Of a stretch of 64,000 bases of DNA, positions 11,184 to 23,368 are shown piece after piece. The translations under genes and the position numbers were made by a program. The notes beneath the pieces are model-generated. The model was not told where the DNA came from, ran no database searches, and saw nothing but the letters and a program-made list of their open reading frames with translations. The stretch comes from Candidatus Bathyarchaeota archaeon (GTDB lineage Archaea; Thermoproteota; Bathyarchaeia; Bathyarchaeales; Bathycorpusculaceae): positions 288,001 to 352,000 of the forward strand of contig CAWDYC010000005.1 in the NCBI GenBank assembly GCA_963806535.1, given 5' to 3'. Positions within the stretch are counted from its first letter, which is position 1. Each line of letters opens with the position of its first letter.

Positions 11184-11439
11184 AATAATCCTTCTTAATT
11201 TTAGGTTAAAGTAGAATTTAAACGTTGCAAAGCTTAGTTGAAAGTAATAGTAACTCTTATTAGAAAAATCCTTCGGGGATTGCATATTTTTTCTGTTGAA
11301 AAATGAGTGTTTCTTAATTGAATTCACCCGGGTGTATTACTTTTCTTCTGTGTTTGATTGCATTTGAGATTTAATGGCAATTTCCAAAGCCTATATGAAC
11401 CAGATAATTCTATATTGGAAAAAGAATTAGGTAGATTCA

Positions 11440-13125
11440 ATGGGTAAAGCGTTAGACATGGGCAAGACTTCCGCTACTGGAAGTTTCCACCTGCTAATCG
11501 GCGTAGCTGGGTCTACCATAATAATGTTCATTGGCACATTCATTCTGGCTACCCTATTACCTGTTGCTGACGTGGGCCTATATGGTATAGCCTTCATTCC
11601 ATCCTCCATCATAAGTTTCTTCAGAGATTGGGGCGTAAACTTCGCAATGACTCAGCAAATTGCCAATTTTAGGGCATGTGGAAAGGAATCAGAAATCCAC
11701 GATGTCATTGTTTCTGGAATAATTTTTGAAATTATCACTGGAGCCATATTATCCGTCATTTGTTTCTCGGCGGCTCAGCCTTTAGCCTTGATTCTTAGCT
11801 CAAAGAACTCAGCCAATCTTTCAGTCTATATTTCAATAATGTCGCTTTCGATTTTTGCAGGAGCCATTTTTTCTGCCGCCTCTGCCATCTTCACTGGGTT
11901 TGAAAGGATGAAGCTCAACAGTTTTACTCAAATTATGCAAGCAATTGTTAAGACAGCTCTTGGTCCATTACTAGTCATTGTTGGTTTTGGCGTTTTAGGA
12001 GCAGTTTATGCAAGTATTGCTTCTGTTGTAACAGGCGGTGTTATTGGAATTTTTATTGTTTATTTTGCTGTATTTAGACCCTTACACAAATCTATAATTG
12101 GCAAAATTAACATAAAGCAAACCTTGAAGCCGATGCTAATGTATGGCTTGCCTCTTACTGTTTCAAACATTGTAATTGGAGTGTTGCCACAGATTTTCGC
12201 TTTTGTAATGGCAGCCTCCGCTGGGGCTCCAATGATGGGTAACTATTATGCTGCATCTTACTTCGCTGTTCTTTTAACATTCATTTCTATTCCAGTTTCG
12301 ACAGCTTTGTTTCCAGCTTTCTCTAAACTCAATGTAAAGAAAGATCCTGAACTTGTGAGAACCGTTTTTGCTTCTTCAGTTAAGTACACATCGATAATTC
12401 TTGTTCCGGCAACAATGATTTTGATGACTCTTTCTGTGCCCCTTATTGGCTTTCTTTTTCCAAAGGATGGGATATTTCATTCTTTTTTTGTCGTAAATGC
12501 GGCACTAAAGTTTCCTGATGCACCGTTGTTTTTGACGGTAACATCTATGGCTAATTTGCTTGTTCTATTTGGAAACATCAGCGTTGGGACTTTCCAGACG
12601 GGAATTGGGAAAACAAACCAGATTATGAAACAAAGCATCGCATCTCTAATTGTTGGTTTGGCGCTTGCGACCTTGTTATTTTTTATCTTAAATCCAATCG
12701 TTGGACCCTTGTTAGCAGTAATTGGCGGTATTATTGGGATACTTATTGCAACTCTTCCTAATCTTGTGTGGGCACTTTATTGGAGTTGGAAAAATTATGG
12801 GGTTAAAACTGACTTTCGCAACTCAGTTAAGATTTTTGCTGCAGCAGTGCTTGCTTCAATTGTAACTTATTTGTTCATTAGCGTTTTGAGTTTACCCTAT
12901 TTTGTCATTCTGCTAAGTGGTTTTGTAGTTTTCACGGTCGTTTACTTGGCTGTTGCTCCGCTTATGGGTGCCGTTAACCAAACAGATATTGATAACTTCA
13001 AAAAAATGTTTTCAAGTATGGGTTTGCTAGCAAAGATTTTGAGTTTTCCTTTGTTTTTCATGCAAAGAATGATTGAAATCAAAAACTCTAAGAAACCTTC
13101 GCAAGAGCAATTGACATCATCATAG
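11440..13125 (+). CDS. Oligosaccharide flippase / MOP (Wzx-RfbX) family protein
   Basis: About 14 hydrophobic helices; DWGVN, GNYYAA, ALFPAFSK. Confidence 0.85.
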   Translation: MGKALDMGKTSATGSFHLLIGVAGSTIIMFIGTFILATLLPVADVGLYGIAFIPSSIISFFRDWGVNFAMTQQIANFRACGKESEIHDVIVSGIIFEIITGAILSVICFSAAQPLALILSSKNSANLSVYISIMSLSIFAGAIFSAASAIFTGFERMKLNSFTQIMQAIVKTALGPLLVIVGFGVLGAVYASIASVVTGGVIGIFIVYFAVFRPLHKSIIGKINIKQTLKPMLMYGLPLTVSNIVIGVLPQIFAFVMAASAGAPMMGNYYAASYFAVLLTFISIPVSTALFPAFSKLNVKKDPELVRTVFASSVKYTSIILVPATMILMTLSVPLIGFLFPKDGIFHSFFVVNAALKFPDAPLFLTVTSMANLLVLFGNISVGTFQTGIGKTNQIMKQSIASLIVGLALATLLFFILNPIVGPLLAVIGGIIGILIATLPNLVWALYWSWKNYGVKTDFRNSVKIFAAAVLASIVTYLFISVLSLPYFVILLSGFVVFTVVYLAVAPLMGAVNQTDIDNFKKMFSSMGLLAKILSFPLFFMQRMIEIKNSKKPSQEQLTSS

Positions 13126-13240
13126 CCGTTCGGTCTCTGTCAAGCTGCACTTGAGTTCACCTAACTGTTGGTTGTGAACCTTGAACCCAATACACTTAAT
13201 AGCAAAATAAACTGAAATCTTCGGGTCTAAGGAGGAAACC

Positions 13241-14049
13241 GTTTCGTTCGCAGTCGGTCACATGTCAATCGCTTACCTTTTAGGTAAAGGTTCCTCAAAG
13301 CCGCTGCGTTACAAACCCAACATTCCATTGCTGTTGGTTCTTTCAATAATTCCTGACGTAGACATAATTTTTGATTTCTTAACAGGAAGCCAACTGCATA
13401 GAGGCCCAACACATTCAATCGTAGTGGCAATTATAGCTTTTATTCCATTCTTTATCATTTACCGCAAAAAAGCGATACCCTATTTTTTGGCGTTAATTTC
13501 TCACCCGCTTATAGGCGACTTCTTCATAGGAGGCAAACTTGAATTGTTGTGGCCTTTTTCAAACTCCCAGTTTGGTCTTCACGAGTTAGGCGGTCCATAC
13601 ATTAGCATTTACATGCCTATAGACGGGCTCATCGAAGTTGATCTTGTTTATTATTGCAATGGTTTTGTTAATTAAAAGTAACGACTGGAAAGTTTTCTTC
13701 ACAGCTCACAAATCAAACCTGCTTCTGATTATCCCATTGTTTACTGTTTTGTTGCCGACAACGATTGGCTTATCCTTTTACTGAATCATTATTTTTGTTT
13801 AGCCCCATTTTAGCGGTAGCACATGTGATTTTAGTAGTGCTTTTTAGCATAGCAGTTTTGAAAACTCTTCAATCAATGTACCAAAATAGAAAAGCTCGAA
13901 GAAAACCTGGCGAGCTTAGTTGTGAGTGGAAATCAGGAAGGTTTTGCCTCCAGAAGGATTGCTTTAGAGATAAGGCTATTCGTATGTTTTCTTTGATTTT
14001 ACTCATTTTTGCCGATTTTTCACGTTGGAACTACAGTTTTCTCAAGTAA
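13241..14049 (+). CDS. Membrane-bound metal-dependent hydrolase (YdjM-like), frameshifted; 3' end uncertain
   Basis: GH..AY, IIPDVD, HRGPTHS, SHPLIGD, LLWP. Confidence 0.7.
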
Positions 14050-14147
14050 TATTTATATCAAAAGCACTGCATTCACCGTTTAACAACCTTCGGACTTTGA
14101 ACCATGATTTGTCTCGCCCAAGTAAAAACCTCTTGGTGAAAGAATAA

Positions 14148-15093
14148 ATGCCGTTAAAAACTATCAAAAAAGATACGGCAGACGCCCTAGACTTTAGAAT
14201 GGGTCTTGCAAGTTAAAAATTACAAGCTAACTATTGATAAAAAACGCTGTGTCGGGTGCCAAATATGCAGTTTAGCCTGCCCAAAAGAAGCCATAAAAAC
14301 ACAAAAGCAAGCTAAAATTCAAGGAGAAAAGGCTAAAAAAGCCAAAGTTGACGTTGACTTGGCAAAATGCAACTTCTGCGGAATATGCGACGTCACCTGC
14401 CCATATGGAGCAATAAAAGTAACCTTAAACGGTGCACACGACCTTTCTATCTTATCCAAAGAAAGTTATCCGCAACTGGTTCGCGACATAAAAGTCGATT
14501 CTCACCAATGCCCGAAAGAATGTGTAGAATGCGAAACGGCTTGCCCGCTAAACCTCATTAAAATTTCTAAAATCGGTTTTGACGGCAAACCAGTCGAAAA
14601 TGTAGAAGCCCTATCACCCACAGCTAAAAATCGTGTTCAAGTTAACCTTGACATCCAAAAAGATTATTGTCCAACTTGCAAAGTATGCGAGTTCAAATGT
14701 GGTCCGGGCGCAATAAAAGTCGCCAAGACATTTGAAGGAATAATCGGCATTAATCAAGAGAAATGTCCTGAAGGCTGCACGGACTGCCTTGATGTATGCC
14801 CTATCCCAGGCGCATTGGTGCTTGGTGAAGACAAAAAAGTTCATGTTAACGAGGTATTTTGCACTTATTGTGGCGCATGCAAAAACGTTTGCCCAGTAGA
14901 CGAAGCATTAGTTGTTAAACGTACAAAGATTCATCATACCCCTATTCATTCAGGAACGTGGAATAAAGCGTTAGAAAGATTAACTTCCCCAGTCGATGCA
15001 GTTAAAGAATTAAAAACTCAAGCTGACGAGAACAGACGCAAAGCAGTTAGTAAAAGATTTGTTGCATATGAAATTGGAAAGGAGGCAACTTAA
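14148..15093 (+). CDS. Polyferredoxin (FwdF/MvhB-like, multiple 4Fe-4S); frameshift near the N-terminus
   Basis: About six CxxCxxCxxxC(P) motifs. Confidence 0.85.
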
Positions 15094-17547
15094 TGAGTTG
15101 TCCAACTTGTAACCAACCAGAAACTGCTAAACCTGAAGAATTACGCGTCGGCGTTTTCGTTTGTCACTGCGGATTAAACATCGCAGGTACTGTAGACGTA
15201 AAGGCAGTTGCTGAATACGCAAGAACAATTCCAGACGTAGTTTTCGTTAAAGAAAACCGTTACACCTGCGCTGACCCTGGACAAGAAGAAATACGAAAAG
15301 CCATCCGTGAACAAAAACTAAACCGTGTAGTCATCGCTGCTTGCTCACCAAGAATGCATGAACCCACTTTCAGACGCACCGTTTCAGAAGCTGGCTTAAA
15401 CCCGTTCCTTTTCGAAATGGCTAACATCCGTGAGTTCGCTTCATGGTGCCACCAAAACGATCCCGCAGCTGCAACGGAGCGAGCCAAAGATTCAGTTCGC
15501 ATGGCTGTAGCAAAAGTACGTTTAATGCAGCAACTTCAAACCATTGAAGTGCCAGTTACCAACAAAGCCCTAATCATCGGCGGCGGAATCGCAGGAATGA
15601 ACGCAGCCTTAGACCTGGCTGAAATGGGCTACAAAGTCTACATGCTTGAGAACTCACAGAGCATCGGCGGACACATGGCGGCGCTTGACAAAACCTTCCC
15701 TACGTTGGACTGCAGTATCTGCATTGAAGGACCAAAAATGGTCGATTGCGGACGCCACCCAAACATAACAATTTTCGCTAACTCAGAACTTGTTAAAGTG
15801 GACGGTTACATCGGCAACTTTAAAGTGAAAATTCGCAAAAACCCCCGCTATGTCATACCTGAGAAATGTACAGGATGCGGTGAATGCAAAGATGCTTGCC
15901 CAATCGAGTACCCCAATGAATGGGACATGAACTTGGGGACACGCAAAGCAATTTCAGTGCCCTTTGACCAGACTGTACCGCTGATTTACTCTATCAACAA
16001 AGATTATTGTATTGAATGTTTCAAATGCACTGATGTTTGCGGTGAACGGCAAGCCATAGATTTTAATCAGAAACCTGAAGAAGTCGAATTTGACGTTGGC
16101 GCAATCATTGTTTCAACAGGTTTCGACGTTTACTTACCATACGACATGCCATTGCTTGGCTACGGGAAATACCCCAACGTTATTACAAGCATGGAGTTTG
16201 AACGACTCATTTTGGCTGCTGGTCCAACAGGCGGCAAAGTGATTCGGCAATCAGACGGGCAAAAACCTCATAGAATCGCTTTCATCCAATGCGTCGGCAG
16301 CCGAGACAAAAACAAGTACCCATACTGCAGCAACTTCTGCTGCATGTACACGCTAAAACATGTGGTTCAACTCAAAGAGAAGTACAAGGAAGACATTGAA
16401 GTCTACGTTTTCTACATGGATATTCGCAGCCCAGGCAAAGGCTACGAAGAATTCTATGACCGCGCACGGGAACGAGGCGTAAACTTCATTCGTGGACGCG
16501 TAAGCCGCATCGACGAAGACCCTAAAACTCACAATTTAACCGTTCACTCCGAAGATTCACTTCTTGGAGTCCCAATCGAAGTTGAAGCAGACATGGTAGT
16601 GCTTGCAACCGCAGCCATACCCAAAAAAGGCTCAGAGGACATTGCACGAATACTTAACCTGTCACGCGGTGCAGACGGCTTCTTCATGGAGTCTCATCCC
16701 GAAACTTAAACCGATGGATGCTCCAACAGACGGTGTCTTCTATGCAGGCGCTTGCCAAGGCTTAAAAGACATTCCCTACAGCGTTTCGCAGGGAAGCGGT
16801 GCAGCGTCAAGGGCAGCCACAGTCATCAGCAAGCAAAAGTGGAAGATTGAACCAATCATCTCAATAGTTGACGAAACCAAATGCCGAAACAAAACTGCCA
16901 AATGCGGTGTCTGCGTTGACAAATGCCCATACGGCGCTATCAAAGCTGAACCAGGCAAAGCAGCACACATCACTACAGCCAACTGCCACGGATGCGGAAC
17001 ATGTGTTGCCGAATGCCCACAACACGCAATTACCCAGATGCACTTTACTGATGCCCAAATTATAGCTCAAATCCGAGCCGCACTTGAAGATAAACCTGAA
17101 GACAAAATCCTAGCCATCCTCTGCAACTGGTGCAGCTATGCAGGCGCAGACCTAGCAGGCATCAGCCGATTCGACTACCCCGCCAGCGTTAGAGCTATCC
17201 GTGTTATGTGCAGCGGCAGAGTAGCCAGAGAATTCGTTCTTGAGGCACTTCGGCTTGGCGCAGGAATGGTTTTGGTTGGCGCATGCCACTTACCCTACGA
17301 CTGCCACTACATCAACGGCAACTACAAAATGAAAGCACGAACCGACGCTCTCAAAGGAATGCTGACAAAACTGGGCATGAGTCCAGAACGGTTCCGAGTA
17401 GAATACGTTTCAGCGGCAGAAGGCATACACTACGCAGAAGTCATCAAAGAAATAGATGAACAAAGAAAAGCACTTGGCAAAGAAAAGATTCAAGCCGAAA
17501 ACGCAAAACTTAAACCTATTCTAGAAAACATGCTAAAACGAAAATAA
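15093..17547 (+). CDS. hdrA: Heterodisulfide reductase subunit A fused to MvhD (frameshift near 16700)
   Basis: GVFVCHCG, AACSP..HEPTF, ANIRE, IGGGIAG, DKTFPTLDC, QCVGSRD, CSNFCC; C-terminal MvhD CNWCSYAGAD, RVMCSGRV, DCHY. Confidence 0.92.
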
Positions 17548-17734
17548 TAGCTATTTTCAAGTTTTCTCCGTTTTTAGCTTATCTCCAAAACTTAACTGCT
17601 CAACTCCAATCTTTTGCCAGCAAGTTAGTTCAAGCATTTTGAATTGCAGCTGAGCGCGCTTACGCTTGGTTATGCTAAGAGAATTTACTATATGTGCCTA
17701 GAAAAAAACTAGCCAGCTAAAAGCATCACTAAAT

Positions 17735-17911
17735 CTATCTAGCAGTTGTTTTTTTGAACCAGGCAATTCCTATTACTGCTACGGTTATTGCTGCTATGAC
17801 GGCTATTGGGTTTATGGCTTGAAGTGTCATGTACGTTTCCCCGAGCAGGGTTATGAAAGTTATTATTGAAACTATGATAACTGCGCTGATGGCGATGTTT
17901 TTGCTGCTCAC
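17735..17911 (-). CDS. Small two-TM membrane protein, 58 aa (MSSKNIAISAVIIVSIITFITLLGETYMTLQAINPIAVIAAITVAVIGIAWFKKTTAR), not in the ORF track
   Basis: GTG start after GGAGGTGA RBS; two hydrophobic stretches. Confidence 0.55.
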   Translation of the reverse strand: MSSKNIAISAVIIVSIITFITLLGETYMTLQAINPIAVIAAITVAVIGIAWFKKTTAR

Positions 17912-18047
17912 CTGTCTTCACCTCCTGCTTAGGCTAGAGTTAGCGGTTTTTTGATTTAATGCTAAGCGTTGGAACAGGCTGTTCAGAGATTAGACAGCAA
18001 ATTAACATTGCAAAAAATAAAATTAACTAAAATTTAGGGAAAAAGAA

Positions 18048-18335
18048 TTAATCTTCTTCTTCGTCGAGTTTTCGCTCTTTAACTTTTAGAGCTTCTGCAT
18101 CACCGATAACTTTGAAGGTTTCTGTCAGCTCGTGCTTGTGCAAGAATTTTTTGATGATTATGCGCACGTATTTCTTTGAGAGTGCTTCGCCTTCACCCTT
18201 CACTGTTACGATTTTTCCGTCGTTGGTTACGTCTCCGCCTGTTTTCTCTTTTAGGAAATCTGCTAGTTTCTCGACTAGTTTGCTTTCGTCGCCTTTAAGT
18301 TCTGAAGCATCGACTTTCATTTCAACCATTTTCAT
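18048..18335 (-). CDS. rpl22e: Ribosomal protein eL22 (L22e)-like
   Basis: LSKKYVRIIIKKFLHKHELTETFKVIG resembles eL22 [27 protein letters not shown]; acidic tail; GAGGTGA RBS. Confidence 0.75.
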   Translation of the reverse strand: MKMVEMKVDASELKGDESKLVEKLADFLKEKTGGDVTNDGKIVTVKGEGEALSKKYVRIIIKKFLHKHELTETFKVIGDAEALKVKERKLDEEED

Positions 18336-18589
18336 ATTCACCTCGATTCACATTACGCCTATTTGTTTGCATTTAGCTTAGTTTTTCATGGCTACTATAC
18401 TGATAAGTTTTCCGATTGGAAGTGTCAGTTCGCCCGTCGAGTCCTTCTCACTGCTTAAGCTCAGACTCTAGTGCTCATCATCCAAAACAGTATTCAGCAA
18501 CAAAACTTAAGACTCTTATGGAAAAAGATCACTTATGCCAAAGAAATTCTTTTAAACTATCAAGCGATTGTTTACTTGGAGAAATAACA

Positions 18590-19111
18590 ATGGAACTTTT
18601 CGATGTTATTACAAAGCGAAGAAGCATCAGAACCTTCAAAAAACAAGAGCTACCTCAAGCCACAATTGAAAAGCTGCTTGAAGCTGCAAGATGGGCGCCT
18701 TCAGCTGGAAACGTTCAACCATGGGCTTTTGTAGTTGCAAGTTCACAAAAAACTAAGCAGGACCTTTCTATGGCAGCTTACGGGCAAAAAGACCTTGAGG
18801 AAGCTTCTATTGTTATTGTGGTTTGCGCTGATGAGAAACGAGCGGCAGAAAGTTATGGTGTTCGTGGTAAAACGTTGTATTGCATTCAGGATACTGCCGC
18901 TGCAATTCAAAACATCCTGTTAACTGCTTATTCACTTGGGTTAGGTTCATGCTGGATTGGAGCATTCAAAGAAGATGAGATAAGACTAGTTATTGGGGCT
19001 CCTAAAGAAATGCGTCCAATAGCTTTGATTCCAATAGGCTATCCAAACGAGTCACCGTCAGCTAGAAACCGAAGACCAATAAGCGAAATAATGCATAAAG
19101 AAACTTTTTGA
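18590..19111 (+). CDS. Nitroreductase family protein
   Basis: KRRSIR, APSAGNVQPW, GLGSCWIG. Confidence 0.92.
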   Translation: MELFDVITKRRSIRTFKKQELPQATIEKLLEAARWAPSAGNVQPWAFVVASSQKTKQDLSMAAYGQKDLEEASIVIVVCADEKRAAESYGVRGKTLYCIQDTAAAIQNILLTAYSLGLGSCWIGAFKEDEIRLVIGAPKEMRPIALIPIGYPNESPSARNRRPISEIMHKETF

Positions 19112-19315
19112 TTTCGCAAAACTGTCTCGTTTTGGAATTTTTGAGCGTAATGATGGGTATCTTGATAAATACGATACGTTTAAAAGCAACCGATTCATTT
19201 CTATTCAGCTTTATCTGATGCATAAAGCACATGTGCGAATCGGTAGTATGCCAGTTCAGCAAACATGCGCTGTTGCCAGATTAAAAAATCATAATAATAA
19301 ACAGGAGGAAAAGAA

Positions 19316-19441
19316 ATGTTATCAAGAGATTGTGACGGATGCTCCCAAATGAAGCCGTGCAATAGACGTTACCTTGTCGTTGGAAAAGGTAATTGTGTCT
19401 ACTGCCCAGACGGAACAGCCCATCTAGTAGATGGACTATAA
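19316..19441 (+). CDS. 41-aa Cys/His-rich microprotein MLSRDCDGCSQMKPCNRRYLVVGKGNCVYCPDGTAHLVDGL
   Basis: AGGAGG RBS; paralog at 47321; followed by an AT hairpin and T-tracts. Confidence 0.7.
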   Translation: MLSRDCDGCSQMKPCNRRYLVVGKGNCVYCPDGTAHLVDGL

Positions 19442-19569
19442 AAAATAGAAATCTAAAAAATTAAGAAATTTTTAGACAGATTTTGTTTTTAACCCTTTTT
19501 TATTTTTGTTTTATTTTTTGAGCGGAAGCTATATTGGCAATGTACTTGCGGGTGCTTTTCGTGGTACAT

Positions 19570-20392
19570 CTATTTTTTGAAGAACTCCAAAAGGTCAGCG
19601 TTGACTTGATCCTTAAGTGTCGTGCACATGCCATGGGGTGCTCCTTTGTAGACTTTAAACGTCGCGCCCTTAACAATCTTGGATGAAAGCAGAGCCGAAG
19701 CGGCGATTGGCACGATCTGATCGTCGTCGCCGTGCAGAATTAATGTTGGCACATCGATTTTTTTGAGATCCTCCGTAAAGTCAGTTTCAGAAAATGCTTT
19801 AATGCAAAAGTATGCACCTGGAAATCCACACATCATTCCCTGATGCCAGAACGATTCGCGAACGCCGTTCGAAATCTTTGCGTCTGGACGATTGTAACCG
19901 TAGAATGGCAGGCTTAGGTCTTTGAAAAACTGCGAGCGGTCAGCAACAACGTTGGCGCGAAGCTGGTCAAATACCTCGATTGGTAAGCCGGCTGGATTTG
20001 AAGGGGTTTTAACCATCAATGGTGGAACAGCGCTGATTAGCACGGCTTTAGCTACGCGTTTTGTTCCGTGACGACCAATATAGCGTGCAACTTCTCCGCC
20101 ACCCGTGGAGTGACCTACAAGAAATGCGTTTTTGAGGTCAAGTTTTTCGATTAGTTCTGCAAGGTCGTCGGCGTAGGTGTCCATTTCGTTTCCATTCCAG
20201 GGTTGGCTTGAACGCCCATGTCCACGTCGGTCAGGCCCTATGCAGCGGTAGCCGCGAGACACCAAATAAAACATTTGATCTTCAAAAGCATCCGAGCTAA
20301 GCGGCCAGTCCGTGGCTGAAAACCACCGGTTTTCCACTTCCCCAATCCTTATAGTAAATTTGTGTACCATCTTTGGTTGTAATCATATTCAT
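19570..20392 (-). CDS. Alpha/beta hydrolase, non-heme chloroperoxidase family (frameshift near 20310)
   Basis: [48 protein letters not shown]. Confidence 0.9.
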
Positions 20393-21315
20393 GTTTTCAC
20401 CTCCTTAGCTGAAGCAGCTGCCTGTTTTTCAAGCCAACTCTTCACTGTATCCGAAACTTGTTTCTTCTGCTCTAAGGTGTATTTTGAACTCATTTTTGGA
20501 ATAATGCTTTGATAGAACCAGTGATCTGCAACTTGAAACATCTGCAGAGTTTTGTCGTTTGAGGCAAGCTTTTCCATGATTTTATTTGCACTTTCCGGAA
20601 GTGCAACGATGTCTGCATCGCCGTGGATCAAAAGTACAGGTTTTTCGATTTTTGAGGCATAGTGAAGCATTTTGTTTGCCAATTTGGTTGAAAGCTCGAA
20701 CAAGAAAGCCCAAGCCAAAAACTTTCGTGCAAAGTTCATCCTCTGAAATCAATTTGTACTCTTCACTTTCTCTGAAGGCTTGTGGCCATCTGATCAATCA
20801 AGTCGTACATTGAATGATGGTGAACAACAGGCGAATAAAACCAGCTTGAACTGTGTCTTGAGTCGGCACTTTGAATCCAGATTCAAAGGGGAGTTCGAAG
20901 CAAGAATTAAACCATCAATTTGCTGGGGGTAATGGGCTGCGTACCAAAGTGCATAAGCGCATCCGCTGCTGTGACCGAAAAGGTATAATGTTTTTCCAGG
21001 ATGATTCTTATGAACTTTTTCCACTACCTCGTTTAGGTCTTCTAGGTGACGTTCAAAATCGTGAGTGTCTCCTCGGGGCAGATTTGGTTCTTTAGAATTT
21101 CCAAAGCCTCTTCGGTCAAAAGCGTAAACTTCACAGTTAGCATTTGCCAGCTCAGGTCCCATAAACCTGAATGCTCCAGAATGTACTTCGATGCCATGAA
21201 GGAAAATTACAGCCCTTTCAGGCTCCGTTGCAGAAGACCAATACCTGCAAAACAGGTTAAAGCCATCGCTCATCTTGAGGTACTGTTCAGTTCCTCCAAA
21301 AGTTTGAGTTTGCAT
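20389..21315 (-). CDS. Alpha/beta hydrolase, lysophospholipase-like (frameshifted)
   Basis: [27 protein letters not shown]. Confidence 0.8.
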
Positions 21316-21547
21316 ACTAAAACACTATCTATCAAAAGGTCACAGAGCTGATTATTTATGGATTTGTGGTTTCATACGGTTACAACGGCTAGGTAATAAT
21401 CATGAAAAGAGCAATGACTCAAGATTTTAAAATAAATTAGTCTGAACCAAAAAAAGATTAACAAAAATGAAAAATAGGCTTTAGCTGGAACTGGTTTAGC
21501 TCAATCTCTTCAGAGTTCCTACTTCAAAGCCATCTCATCGATTTTCG

Positions 21548-22502
21548 CTACATTTGTTTGCTGTTTTTCTGTTGTTGCGCTGGCTGTGCTACTGGAATAA
21601 TGGTTGCTTTTGAAAGATTTTCCTGCTCATTAAGGATTAGTGAAATTGCTTTGCCTTCAGGAACAATAATCTTTGTGTTGTTCTGCAAAGATGTTGCAAT
21701 TGTGTCCAGTTGCTTGAAGACAATGGCGCTATCCTTGAAGTAAGTTGTCAAAGCCTCATTTCTCAGTCTGGTTGCTTGAGCGTCTCCTTCAGCTATGGCG
21801 ATGGTTGCAGTTTTCTGACCTTCAGCTTGAAGGATGGCAGCTTGCTTTTGTCCTTCTGCAACGTTGAATTGCGGCGTTTTTCTCTCCGCTTGCCAAAGTG
21901 GCTTCGGCGATGGCTGTTTTCTCAGCGGCTTGACGTTCATTGTCAGCTTTCAGAACGGACTCCATGGATATGATAAGTTCTCGGGGAGGCTCTAAATCTT
22001 TGATTTCTGCCCTCACAATTTCAATGCCCCACTTCTCCGTCTGCTCGTCTAAGGCTGTTTTGAGGCTGACGTTGATTACGGGTCTGGAAGTGTTGGCTAT
22101 AGCCATGTCCATGCCGCCTATAATATCCCTGAGTACTGTTCTTGCTAATGTGTCAATTTGAGTGGTGAAACTTGCCACCGCATATTGTGACGCTTTAACT
22201 GATTGTTCGTCAGGTTTGATTCTGTAGAATACTACAGCATCGACGCCCATGAAGACTTTGTCTTTTGTAATTACGTCTTGTCGCTGAACGGGTGTCATGC
22301 GCTCGGTGACGTTAACTCTGATGATTTTATCTGCGAAGGGAACAAGAAAAGTTATGCCTCCTTCAACAAACCTATGGTATTTGCCAAATCGTTCCACTAA
22401 GCCTTTTTCTGTTGGTCTAACAATTCGAAGAGACGAAAGAAGTGCCCATACGATTACAATTAATGGTATTACTATTGCAAAGATTTCAATTATGTCTACC
22501 AT
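21548..22502 (-). CDS. SPFH/band 7 (stomatin/QmcA-like) protein (frameshifted)
   Basis: N-terminal TM, GLVERFGKY, QDVITKD, KWGIEIVRAEI, AEG repeats. Confidence 0.88.
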
Positions 22503-22583
22503 ACTGCCCTTTCCCTCATGCTTCTTAGGGGTAGGTAGACAGATTTAAGATTTGCTCAAAGACTTAAAATCCGTCAATGATTC

Positions 22584-23198
22584 TTAATCGAAGTATCTTC
22601 CAGCAAAAACAATATAGAAAGCAGTTACAAAAGCGAATAATCCTAAGCTGATTTCGGTTGCTATAAACGAAAAAATTACCGCTAAAGTGTAGACTAAAGG
22701 TCCAACAAGGACTATTTTGCTTCTTTTTGCTATTATTTCTGGATTAGGTTCCTCATGAGTCAAATGTTGTGTTCTAGGGTAAAACCAGAGAATGTTAAAT
22801 AGGATTGAAATTGCCAGGGTGTTAATACCGTAGGCAAGAACTGATATGGATTGAAGAGGGTATCTTCCAAGCAAAGCAGTCGAGAAAGGTGCAAGTCCCA
22901 CGCTGAGAAGTAAGATAAGGTTAACCCAAACAGTTTTAAGATCAATATTTTCAATGTGGCTAAACATGTTTTGATGACTTATCCAAAGAACGCCTAAAAA
23001 AATAAAAGTGATAATGTAGGCGAATAAATCTGGAATAAGCCCGGAGAGATCGGCTTGTAGTGTTGTTGAAGCATTTGGTCCGGTAATAGTTGGCACCACC
23101 AAACTAAGCACTAAAATAGTCATTACTGTTGCAAATATGCCGTCGGTTAACCCTTCTGTTCTGTCCTTTCTAAACCATGATGGAACTTTGTTGCTCAT
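22584..23198 (-). CDS. TMEM175 (DUF1211) family potassium channel
   Basis: RTEGLTDGIFATVMTILV, LWISHQ, PFSTALLG. Confidence 0.85.
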   Translation of the reverse strand: MSNKVPSWFRKDRTEGLTDGIFATVMTILVLSLVVPTITGPNASTTLQADLSGLIPDLFAYIITFIFLGVLWISHQNMFSHIENIDLKTVWVNLILLLSVGLAPFSTALLGRYPLQSISVLAYGINTLAISILFNILWFYPRTQHLTHEEPNPEIIAKRSKIVLVGPLVYTLAVIFSFIATEISLGLFAFVTAFYIVFAGRYFD

Positions 23199-23368
23199 GT
23201 TGGAAAATGCCTCGAAATCTTGGAATTTCCACAAAATTTTTCCTGCGTTCTTTTGATAGCTAACTTGTCAGCAAAATGCAAGGAGTATTTTCGTCTATTT
23301 AATGGGTTGTGACTACCCCAGAACAACCACAGTTCAACCGATCTTAATTTAGATGGCGCTTTTCAGGT

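Noticed and set aside
15093-17547. Evidence of methanogenesis from hdrA and methanopterin genes
   Set aside because: No mcr or mtr genes occur in the window, and these genes are common in non-methanogenic anaerobic archaea.
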